NCBI GenBank assembly: GCA_036170245.1
Contig: JAVHOV010000014.1
Coordinates: 1-18,596, forward strand
DNA: 18,596 nucleotides
Direction of reading: 5' to 3'
From: an archaeon
GTDB lineage: Archaea > Iainarchaeota > Iainarchaeia > Iainarchaeales > JAAZKV01
The notes beneath the pieces are model-generated. The model worked only from the letters and a program-made list of their open reading frames with translations. It was not told where the DNA came from and made no database searches. Positions 8,024 through 16,364 of this stretch are shown in pieces. The first letter of the stretch is position 1; every line of letters starts with the position of its first letter. The translations under genes and the position numbers were made by a program.

Positions 8024-10552
8024 TTGAATTCGTTATTTAAAGGACCCCCATTAAGACAATGGCAAGGCGAAGCTATCCAAGCGTGGGAAAAGCACAAGTA
8101 TGGTATTATCCAAGCTGTGCCTGGGGCAGGAAAAACTATTCTTGCAGTAAAAATGCTCACAAAGAAACTTGAAGAAGAACCTAATTTGAAGATTTTAATT
8201 GTCTGCCCAAGATTGACTTTAATTCAACAGTGGCTGGATTCAATCAAAGAGTACTCTACTCTAAAATCAAGCGATATTTACGAGATTTCAAGCAACAATG
8301 AATCAAAAGCTTATGTTTGTGCCCAGAACAAACTTGACAAGTATAAAGTATTCATTTGCACTTTCCACCAAATAAAGCAGTTCTTTAATGAGTGTAATTG
8401 GAAGAACCAGAACTGGTTTTTGATCGTTGATGAAATGCACAACACTACTGAAAATTACAAGTTCCCAAACGAACCAATCAAATACAAACTAGGTTTATCA
8501 GCTACTCCAAAAAAGAAGGGAAAGAACGCAGATTTCAACTTAGGAGGAATTGTTTATACTTATTCTTTTACTCAAGCACTGCAGGATAAGATTATCCTTG
8601 ACCCTGTAATCAAAATTGTTTTCTATTCAGTAAATAAGCAATTGTTCAAGAAAATCCAAAATGAAAGCGATTCTACTGTTGATCTTGTAGAATCAGCATA
8701 TAATGATTTTTTGCCTGATGACGCTGATTCAGTTGACAATATTATGCTTGCTCCAATAAACAAGAAGGAAAAGAAATTAACTAAAGCCCAAGAGAAAGAA
8801 CTTCAAAAGAACCAAGAGCTTGAAGGAGCAAAGGAAATAGATAAGGATGAGGCAGCTGATATTTTTTCTTCAAAGAGTACGGATTTTTTAGGAATCATGA
8901 GAATCCTAAAAGACCAGTTTCATATTGGAAAGAAAGATTCCGTTCAGTCTTTAGTATTTGTTAATAGAATCAAGAAAGCTGATCTTCTCAACCAAATGCT
9001 TGCAAAAACTTTCTCTGAAAATGTTTCTCACTCATATCACTCAAAATCTGATAATTACTCACAGAAGAATTACTTTAATGAATTGAAAAAGGATTTCTCC
9101 GAAGGTAAATTTAATGTATTAATTTCTGTTGGAACTTTAGGAGAAGGAATTGACTTCCCTTACGCTTCACACGGAATAATTGCTTCCCCAATTTACAACC
9201 CAACTTCTTTTGTTCAAAAAGTAGGAAGACTTTTGCGTTCGTACAAGGATCACAAAAAAGCAGTCATCTATTATTATGTCCCTTCTGAATTAATTTCAAG
9301 ATTATTAACTGATGAAAGAATTGAACCTAATTACTTCAAATCAGTTATAAAAATTGCTGATCAAAATAGTGACTTGTATTTTGTGGATAGAGAAAGCTTG
9401 CACGAAGAAAAAGGAACTCTTTCTGAACTTTTAATTCAAGGTTCTGCCTATGACAGAAACGAGGATGTTAAACGAATAAAGATTCCTCATGACCTTGACT
9501 CAATAATGCGTTTGTTCAAAAGAATTTACCCTGAAAATGTTAAACAATGGAAAAAACTTTATGAGGACCAAATAGAGGATCAAGAGAGAGAAATTAAGAA
9601 ACAAAAGAAGAACATTAATGATGTTGAGGCTATTGAAAAAATCAGAAAGGAACACCCTATTGATTTCACTCAATTAAGAAATGAAATTGCTAAGAGCAAC
9701 AAACTTATGTATAATTGCGCTTCAAACCTTGAATCAAATTTGAAGAACATTAATGTAATTCAAAAGAAATTCATGGGAAAGAATTTTACTGATTTTGCTG
9801 CAACTAAAACTTTTGTAAAAGAAGCACTTAAGCAAAATATTATTACTAAAATAAAGTTCGGCCATGAGCTTGAAGAAATTGAAAAAGAGAAATCTGTTCT
9901 CTCTCTTTCTGAACAGGACATGCTTAAACACGCTGTTAGTGCTGAATTAAATGATTTTTGCTCAAAATCAAAGCAGCTTGAAAAATGCTTAAATTCAATA
10001 GTTAATGCCAAGGCTCAAATAGATAAGGCAAACAAGGATTTGAAGGATGAAGAACAGGAAAAAGAGAGAATTAACGCAATGACTAGAATTTCTAAAACCT
10101 ACTTTGACTTACAATCCCTTTTCCTTGATGAACTTGAGTTAGGAGAAATTGCAAAAACTAAATCAACTAACGAAAGCAAATTCTTTATTACTATAGGTAA
10201 AGATATTTTCCTAACAAAGAACCTAGAGAGAAAATTCTCCTACCCCGAGGACTTTGGTTTAAGTAGGTGGAGAGAAGAAAAAGAAGAACCTAAAGTTATA
10301 GTTCAGCTTTCCCCTGTAGAGAAATTCTGCAAGCAATTGATTTGGGATTTAAGAGAACAGGAAAAAATAACTGGAACTTATGCTGTTAGCGATTGGGGAG
10401 AATTAAAAGACAAGGTAAGCAAGGAAGTAAAAATTACTCCCCCAAAGGACGAGGATGTTTTGATTGAGCTTGAAAGACACAAATTCGAAGCAGAGTTCTC
10501 TTTTGAAAGATTATTCTTTATTACTGAAGCAGTAAAGAGATTTAAGAAGTAA
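8024..10552 (+). CDS. Superfamily 2 DEAD/DEAH-box helicase (ResIII/XPB-like core) with long helical C-terminal extension
   Basis: LRQWQGEA (Q motif), AVPGAGKT (I), IVCPRLTLIQQW (Ia), IVDEMH (II), GLSATP (III), LGEGIDFP (V), QKVGRLLR (VI). GGTGAG SD at 8015-8020 supports a TTG start at 8024. Confidence 0.88.
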   Translation: MNSLFKGPPLRQWQGEAIQAWEKHKYGIIQAVPGAGKTILAVKMLTKKLEEEPNLKILIVCPRLTLIQQWLDSIKEYSTLKSSDIYEISSNNESKAYVCAQNKLDKYKVFICTFHQIKQFFNECNWKNQNWFLIVDEMHNTTENYKFPNEPIKYKLGLSATPKKKGKNADFNLGGIVYTYSFTQALQDKIILDPVIKIVFYSVNKQLFKKIQNESDSTVDLVESAYNDFLPDDADSVDNIMLAPINKKEKKLTKAQEKELQKNQELEGAKEIDKDEAADIFSSKSTDFLGIMRILKDQFHIGKKDSVQSLVFVNRIKKADLLNQMLAKTFSENVSHSYHSKSDNYSQKNYFNELKKDFSEGKFNVLISVGTLGEGIDFPYASHGIIASPIYNPTSFVQKVGRLLRSYKDHKKAVIYYYVPSELISRLLTDERIEPNYFKSVIKIADQNSDLYFVDRESLHEEKGTLSELLIQGSAYDRNEDVKRIKIPHDLDSIMRLFKRIYPENVKQWKKLYEDQIEDQEREIKKQKKNINDVEAIEKIRKEHPIDFTQLRNEIAKSNKLMYNCASNLESNLKNINVIQKKFMGKNFTDFAATKTFVKEALKQNIITKIKFGHELEEIEKEKSVLSLSEQDMLKHAVSAELNDFCSKSKQLEKCLNSIVNAKAQIDKANKDLKDEEQEKERINAMTRISKTYFDLQSLFLDELELGEIAKTKSTNESKFFITIGKDIFLTKNLERKFSYPEDFGLSRWREEKEEPKVIVQLSPVEKFCKQLIWDLREQEKITGTYAVSDWGELKDKVSKEVKITPPKDEDVLIELERHKFEAEFSFERLFFITEAVKRFKK

Positions 10553-10672
10553 ATCTCTTTACGTAACAAATGCTGCTGTTGCTATTTCGTAACAGTGAAA
10601 AGATTTAAGAAATAAAATCTAAAAATAACTCCTTTACCCCCCTTTTTATTTTGATTCAATTACTACTTTTGT

Positions 10673-11506
10673 ATGTTTCGCTTCATGTTAGCTCCAATTG
10701 AGGATTACTCAGATTCTGCACTTAGAACTCTTTGTTTTACACATGGGGCAGATTTAACTTTCACTGAAATGGCTAGACTTGAAGGGATTGTGAGAAATAA
10801 TAAACCAACTCTTGCAAAAACTCTTTGCCTTGATTCTACTCCAGTAGAACTTCAGTTACTTGCTTCAAATGAAGAGCAATTAGAAAAGTACTTAACTAAT
10901 TTTAAAACTTTTGAAGGATTTAAGGGATTCAACTTGAACATGAGTTGCCCTAGTGCTGATATAATGAAAGCTGGCAGAGGGGCTGGAATGGTTAAGCGTT
11001 TAACCAAAGCCCAGAATTTGATTAAAATTATAAAAAAACACAATTACCCTGTTTCAATAAAAATGAGATTAGGAATGAATGCGAGTGAACAAAATTACAA
11101 AGTGTACTTGCGGTTAATTGAAGGAACTGATGCGGATTATTATATAGTTCACCCAAAACATGGGATGCAAAGAAGCGATGAGCCTGTACAAGGAAATGAG
11201 ATTTATGTAGAATGCGTTGAGGCAGCTAAGAAGAATGGAAAAATTATTATTGCAAATGGTGATTTGAATTCTGCTACAAGAATTAGAGAAGTTCAAAAAA
11301 TCGGAGTTGGAGGAGTAATGATTGCACGAGGAGTATTAAGGAACCCTGCAATTTTTGATTCTTTAAAAAACGAACTTAACTTTAATTCCCCAAACAAAAA
11401 ACTTCCTACAATTAAGGAACTAAGAAAAGAATACCTTGATTTAGCAAATTTATTTTCTTCCCCTCCAAAGTACAAAGATAATTTACTAAAATGGATGATG
11501 CAGTAA
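10673..11506 (+). CDS. dus: tRNA-dihydrouridine synthase family protein (copy 2)
   Basis: LAPI, TEM, NLNMSCP, SIKMRLG, IANGDL, GVMIARGVLRNP; clear paralog of 647..1453. Confidence 0.9.
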   Translation: MFRFMLAPIEDYSDSALRTLCFTHGADLTFTEMARLEGIVRNNKPTLAKTLCLDSTPVELQLLASNEEQLEKYLTNFKTFEGFKGFNLNMSCPSADIMKAGRGAGMVKRLTKAQNLIKIIKKHNYPVSIKMRLGMNASEQNYKVYLRLIEGTDADYYIVHPKHGMQRSDEPVQGNEIYVECVEAAKKNGKIIIANGDLNSATRIREVQKIGVGGVMIARGVLRNPAIFDSLKNELNFNSPNKKLPTIKELRKEYLDLANLFSSPPKYKDNLLKWMMQ

Positions 11507-11584
11507 CAACTCCTTCTTTCCCCACCAATTAACTTTTATACTTCTTCTATCATTTGTTTTCTATTAAAAAGAAGGTTTGAGATA

Positions 11585-12493
11585 ATGGAAAAGAATTTTT
11601 TGGAACTTGATTCACACTTAAAGGATTTAATTAAAGGTAAAATTGTTGTTGTAACTGGAGCTGGTTCTGGTTTAGGCAAAGCAATTGCTTTAGGACTCCC
11701 CTATGCAGGAGCAAAGGTTGGAGTACTTGATTTGAATCCCAAGGGAGTAGAAGAAGTAACTAACCAAATTAATTCTGAATTCAAAAATTGTGCTTTTCCA
11801 ATGGTTGCAAGTGTTACTGATGAAATTCAATTAGAAAAAGCATACAATGAAATCGCAAGTGCAAAAGGTTTTGGCAAAGTTGATGTTTTGATTAACTGTG
11901 CAGGAATTGCAAAACTAAATAGCATTGATCAATTAACTCCAAGAGAAATCAAATTAGCAAATGATGTGAATATGAATGGATATTTTTTGAATGCTCACTT
12001 TGCTTCAAAGCAAATGATTGAGAAAAAAGAAGGAAGTATAATCAACATTTCTTCAGCTTCTGCAAGACTCACTTCGCCAAACTCTTCTCTTTATGGAGTG
12101 GCAAAAGAGGCTCAATGCATGATGACTCGTTCTTGGGCAATGGACCTTGGAAAGTACAATATTACAGTTAACGCACTTTTATGCGGAGATTTATTTGGAA
12201 GTCCAAAACTTGGAATTGATTCAGCGATTTGGAACCAAGCATATTTTGAAAAGAAAGCCGTGGACAAGGGTTTAGTAAAGGCCGATGACAAGAGACTAAA
12301 ACAAAGCACTCTTAATTCAGAGATTCGAGAGCTTGTTGTCACACACTACACAGAAAGAACTGCACTACAAAAAGAAATCACATACAATGATGTTGTAAGC
12401 ACCATTATTTTGATGAATTCTAAGTTTTATTCAAAAATAAGTGGTGAATCAATAGCAATTACTGGAGGAAATCCAGGTGCTTTCTCAAGGTAA
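11585..12493 (+). CDS. Short-chain dehydrogenase/reductase (sorbitol-6-phosphate dehydrogenase / RhaD C-terminal-like)
   Basis: VVTGAGSGLG Rossmann motif, NCAG, NISS, catalytic YGVAK; C-terminal HYTERTALQKEITYNDV resembles the sugar-phosphate SDR subgroup. Confidence 0.85.
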   Translation: MEKNFLELDSHLKDLIKGKIVVVTGAGSGLGKAIALGLPYAGAKVGVLDLNPKGVEEVTNQINSEFKNCAFPMVASVTDEIQLEKAYNEIASAKGFGKVDVLINCAGIAKLNSIDQLTPREIKLANDVNMNGYFLNAHFASKQMIEKKEGSIINISSASARLTSPNSSLYGVAKEAQCMMTRSWAMDLGKYNITVNALLCGDLFGSPKLGIDSAIWNQAYFEKKAVDKGLVKADDKRLKQSTLNSEIRELVVTHYTERTALQKEITYNDVVSTIILMNSKFYSKISGESIAITGGNPGAFSR

Positions 12494-12902
12494 AAATAAA
12501 TTTTTATAAACAACAAATCCAACCATTTAAACAGGAAAGCAAATCCAAATCTTGCTTTCTTTCTTTTAATTCTTCTAATTAAAACTCTTTTTTCAAAAAC
12601 AACTCCTTATTTGAAAATAAAAATAAATTTTAGAAAAAGAACAAGAGAATCGGAACTATCCAGGTGAACGGGGTATTTCTTCCACTATTTGTTTTCAATA
12701 ATTCAGCTATAACTATCAAACAAAATTAGTTTCTTCCACTAATAGAGAAAAAATGGATCAAAGAAAAAAATGAAAAATAAAATAAGAAAAAAGGTTCGAA
12801 TAAAGCCCCAACCAGAATGTTTTTCGGCAAATCCACTCTGCCCGCTTTAAACGAACCAAACTTTGTTTTTTGAGCGTTTTTTTAAAACTTTAATTCTTTA
12901 AC

Positions 12903-12925
12903 TAAGCCAATAAAATCAATGGCTT
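12903..12925 (-). terminator. Hairpin directly after the stop of the 51-aa ORF
   Basis: AAGCCA-N10-TGGCTT inverted repeat adjacent to the TAA. Confidence 0.3.
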
Positions 12926-13080
12926 TACTTGTACACGGTTATTCTTTCGTTTGTTTCCTTTACCCAGTTTGCTAAAGTATTGTTCTCCAATATTTCAGCC
13001 ATTACTTTATCCAGGTAAAAGTTGTTGCTTTTTTCTCTTGCAACTTTTTCTTCACCTTTAACATATGCTAACCAATTCAT
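12925..13080 (-). CDS. 51-aa protein not in the ORF track (MNWLAYVKGEEKVAREKSNNFYLDKVMAEILENNTLANWVKETNERITVYK)
   Basis: ATG 13080 to TAA 12925; TATA-like TTTAAATATA ~30 nt upstream on the minus strand; divergent from the HxlR gene; followed by a hairpin. Confidence 0.6.
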   Translation of the reverse strand: MNWLAYVKGEEKVAREKSNNFYLDKVMAEILENNTLANWVKETNERITVYK

Positions 13081-13181
13081 ATCAATCAATAATACTTGTG
13101 TATTGAACTATATTTAAATAAGTAGCTTTAAAAAGATTACTAGCTATATATTGTATATTCATGGATGTTTTGGCGATTTGA

Positions 13182-13493
13182 ATGAGTAAAATGATTGAAA
13201 AACTAAATCCTTTAGAAACTGCAATGAACTTAATTGGCAAAAAACACGATCTTTTGATTCTTGATTGCCTTTACACTAGAAACAAAAGAGCTGGATTTAA
13301 TCAGATTTTAAAAGATGTAAAAGGCAGTAATCCAAGAATTCTTTCACTTAGATTAAAAGAATTTGAAGCAAATAAACTTGTAACAAAGAACATTATTCTT
13401 GGAACTCCAATGAAAACTGAATATGCACTTACGCCAAAAGCAGAGGAACTTATCGAAATAATTGAAAAACTTAAAGCATGGGCTTCAAAATAA
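13182..13493 (+). CDS. HxlR-family winged-helix transcriptional regulator
   Basis: PLETAMNLIGKKHDLLIL...FNQILKDVKGSNPRILSLRLKEFEANKLV...PMKTEYALTPKAEEL...LKAWA. Confidence 0.9.
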   Translation: MSKMIEKLNPLETAMNLIGKKHDLLILDCLYTRNKRAGFNQILKDVKGSNPRILSLRLKEFEANKLVTKNIILGTPMKTEYALTPKAEELIEIIEKLKAWASK

Positions 13494-13592
13494 CCTTAAA
13501 AATAAGTATTTCTTAAAGAAATAGTTTATTTCTTTTAATAAAAGTAGTTTTTTATAGTTCAAGAGCGTTTATTTTATTAGACAGTGAATTAT

Positions 13593-13853
13593 ATGCCTAA
13601 ATTTTTTAGAAAATTGTTTAGACTAAGACCAAAGCCAAAAGTAAAAGTACCTGATTTTAAAAGTGCTGAAGAATACTTTGAATATAGAAAAGAAAAATAT
13701 AACGAGCCACTTCCCATAAATATAATAAAACATAGAACTGAAATGGCTGAAAGATTAAAACGCCAAGAAGAACAAAGGCAAGTAATCATGGATAATGCAA
13801 GAACAAGACAGGAACAAAAAAATGAAGCAAAAAAAGCTTCAACCAAAAAATAA
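13593..13853 (+). CDS. Basic hypothetical protein with coiled-coil-like C-terminus
   Basis: ATG at 13593 (GTG 13584 is an alternative); TTTTTATA upstream; Lys/Arg/Glu-rich. Confidence 0.6.
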   Translation: MPKFFRKLFRLRPKPKVKVPDFKSAEEYFEYRKEKYNEPLPINIIKHRTEMAERLKRQEEQRQVIMDNARTRQEQKNEAKKASTKK

Positions 13854-13924
13854 CTAGTTTTAAGGAATATCTTTATTTAGTAGTTCAACCCCTTAATTTT
13901 CAAATCAATTAGGGGGTTTTAAGT

Positions 13925-14119
13925 ATGGAAAAAATTAACTTTAAACAATACGGACTTTACTTACTAAGGTGGCAATTAAGTACACCAGTAATTGCGGTTG
14001 TAATTTACCTAATGAGTACTTTTGATCTTCTAACTGCAACTATAGTTGCAAATCTTATTGGAGGATTAATCTTTTACTGGATTGACAAAGTTATTTTCCA
14101 CAAAGCCACAGTAAAGTAA
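13925..14119 (+). CDS. Small 2-TM membrane protein (GtrA-like)
   Basis: YLLRWQLSTPVIAVV...ATIVANLIGGLIFYWIDKVIF; AGGGGG SD-like site upstream. Confidence 0.75.
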   Translation: MEKINFKQYGLYLLRWQLSTPVIAVVIYLMSTFDLLTATIVANLIGGLIFYWIDKVIFHKATVK

Positions 14120-14182
14120 AATGCATTTTCAAAAGGGAATAAATAAAGAAAGGTTTATTTACTCCTTTTGCGTTATTTACTC

Positions 14183-14824
14183 ATGAGATTTTCAAAAGAC
14201 TTCAAGGATAAAAGTTATTTTACTCAAAAGAATAACCTCTCTCCAAGAGCAGCAATTTTCTTTGTTATTGAAGAAAGCTTTCTGCTTTTACTCATTGTTC
14301 TTCAAATATATGCTTTTTTTGGAATCACTTATGTTAATGGAAAATTAGCATTTTTCCAATCAGAACCATTGCTTCAAAATTACTTGTGGTTTTTTGGCTC
14401 AATTGCCTTTTTCATAATAGGTTATTTCATTATTGCAGTAAGAGACAAATATGTTTGGTTAATCCACCACAACTTTTCAAGATTACTATTTGGTACAATT
14501 AAACTAAAAATAACTATGACCACCCTAAAGATATTCATATTTTCTTTCACAGAACTTGTTTTCTCAATTTTAATTGCATTAAGCATTTTCCTATATTTGG
14601 ATCCCGAAGTGAATTTAGTTCCATACCCATACAATTACATTTCATTTGCAGTGCTGCTAATCTTATCCTTTGTTCTTTTTTCACACAGCAAAGAATTCAG
14701 AAAAAATGTTTATGGCCCAACCCCAATTCAAAAAAGACTTCACTTAGGCAAACATGAAATTAAGCGAACTACTCACACCAGATCAGGCTACTTGAGATTT
14801 GGCGAGAAAAAAAGAAGAATTTAA
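14183..14824 (+). CDS. Hypothetical membrane protein (~4 TM) with basic C-terminal tail
   Basis: Hydrophobic segments; ATG 14183 preferred over TTG 14168. Confidence 0.75.
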   Translation: MRFSKDFKDKSYFTQKNNLSPRAAIFFVIEESFLLLLIVLQIYAFFGITYVNGKLAFFQSEPLLQNYLWFFGSIAFFIIGYFIIAVRDKYVWLIHHNFSRLLFGTIKLKITMTTLKIFIFSFTELVFSILIALSIFLYLDPEVNLVPYPYNYISFAVLLILSFVLFSHSKEFRKNVYGPTPIQKRLHLGKHEIKRTTHTRSGYLRFGEKKRRI

Positions 14825-14876
14825 ATTTACCAAACTTAACAGATTAAGTTTTTTGGAAAAAATTTGGTGATTTTGT

Positions 14877-16217
14877 TTGACCTTTCAAAAAAGTGTTTCT
14901 TTTTGGCAAGCAGTAACCTATGGAGTAGGAGTGATAGTAGGAACAGGAATTTATACCCTAATTGGAATTGGAGCGGGAATCAGCGGAAACCTATTATGGC
15001 TCTCCTTTATAGTTGCAGGAATTATAGCTTCCCTGACAGCCTTATCTTATGCTAAATTATCATCTATATTCACAAAAGAAAGCGCAGAAAGCTTCTATGC
15101 CCAAAAGGCTTTTGGGAGCAAAAAAATTTCTTTCATGGTAGGATACTTGTCCATAATTGTGTGGGTTTTTTCAGGTGCAACAGTTGCATGGGGACTTACC
15201 ACATACACAAAAGCGTTCATCCCAATTGATCCGCTTTTTATTGCACTCATTTCAATACTTGTTCTTTCACTCACAAACTTTTTTGGAATCCAAACAAGTG
15301 TACGTGTGAATAACATTCTTACAATAATAACTATTCTTGGTTTGGGATTAATAATTCTCTTTGGACTCCCCCGTATAGGACAAGTTAATCTTTTTTTAGG
15401 AATTGACGGAACAACCCTCTTTGAAAACTCTTTTTCTTTAGGAAATAGTGTTTTCTCTGCAGCAGCTTTGATCTTTTTTGCATTTTTAGGCTTTGAGAGC
15501 TTAGCAAATATCTCTGAAGAGACAAGAAACCCTAAAAAAAATATCCCTAAAGCAATTCTTTTTTCATTATTTTTTGTAACTATTCTTTATGTTTTAATTG
15601 CACTAGTTTCTGTTAGCACAGTAGCTCCAATGGATTTGCATAATGCAACCATTTCTTCATCCACAAGTGCTGGACCTCTTGCTCTTGTCGCAGAGCAAGT
15701 AATGTTTCCAGGAGCAGGACTAATCCTAACTTTGATTGCTTTTTGTGCAATTGGAAGTACTTTAATTGTCATATTAAATGTTTCAAGCAGAATATTTTAT
15801 GGACTCAGCAAGCAAGATCTGGCTCCAAAAGTATTTGAATATATTAATCCAAAAACAAATACTCCCTCAATAGCAATTCTTACAACAGCCCTCATTACGT
15901 GCTTGTTTGCTTTAATTGGAAACATAGAACTCCTTGGATTTATATGCACTATGAGTGTATTTTTATTATTTGGAATAATAAATATTGCACTAATTTTTAT
16001 TCAAAAAGAATTCACTCCATTTGGACGCGCTAAACCCTTAATCAACAAAGATACTATTATCCCTCTTCTTGGAGCAGGATTTTGCTTTTTCATGCTGCTC
16101 ACTCAGTACTGGGATACAGTACAGATATTTGGAATAAATTTCCCTCTAATCTCGCTTTTAGTAATTGCACTTATAATAGGAAGAATATTATACTTTGTCC
16201 TAATTGACAGAAAATAA
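14877..16217 (+). CDS. APC-superfamily amino acid permease
   Basis: GVGVIVGTGIY (TM1), ALSYAKLSS, FFAFLGFESLANISEETRNPKKNIPKAI (TM6), SRIFYGLS, TNTPSIAI; GGTGA SD at 14866-14870. Confidence 0.92.
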   Translation: MTFQKSVSFWQAVTYGVGVIVGTGIYTLIGIGAGISGNLLWLSFIVAGIIASLTALSYAKLSSIFTKESAESFYAQKAFGSKKISFMVGYLSIIVWVFSGATVAWGLTTYTKAFIPIDPLFIALISILVLSLTNFFGIQTSVRVNNILTIITILGLGLIILFGLPRIGQVNLFLGIDGTTLFENSFSLGNSVFSAAALIFFAFLGFESLANISEETRNPKKNIPKAILFSLFFVTILYVLIALVSVSTVAPMDLHNATISSSTSAGPLALVAEQVMFPGAGLILTLIAFCAIGSTLIVILNVSSRIFYGLSKQDLAPKVFEYINPKTNTPSIAILTTALITCLFALIGNIELLGFICTMSVFLLFGIINIALIFIQKEFTPFGRAKPLINKDTIIPLLGAGFCFFMLLTQYWDTVQIFGINFPLISLLVIALIIGRILYFVLIDRK

Positions 16218-16223
16218 GAATAA

Positions 16224-16315
16224 AGCTTTGGGCGGGATTTGAACTCGCGACCCCCGCATCATTGTAACTTATCTAGCATACCAATGCGGAGCACTAACCA
16301 CTATGCTACCAAAGC
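16224..16315 (-). tRNA. tRNA-Thr(GGU) with a 19-nt intron at 37/38 (intron 16260-16278)
   Basis: Acceptor stem GCTTTGG/CCAAAGC, U73, D arm GCAT-AGTGGTTA-GTGC, anticodon stem CCGCA/TGCGG with loop TT-GGT-A|intron|A, T loop TTCAAAT. Mature length 73 nt; CCA not encoded. Confidence 0.92.
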
Positions 16316-16364
16316 AGTAAATAAAATAAGAAATAAAAAATTAAAATAGAATTCCTTAAAAATT

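Noticed and set aside
6248..10552. GIY-YIG nuclease plus helicase as one defence operon
   Set aside because: They are separated by oppositely oriented genes, and this small GIY-YIG type is a widespread stand-alone family.
12654..12741. Mini-CRISPR interpretation of the 12-nt direct repeat
   Set aside because: Only two short copies and no cas genes.
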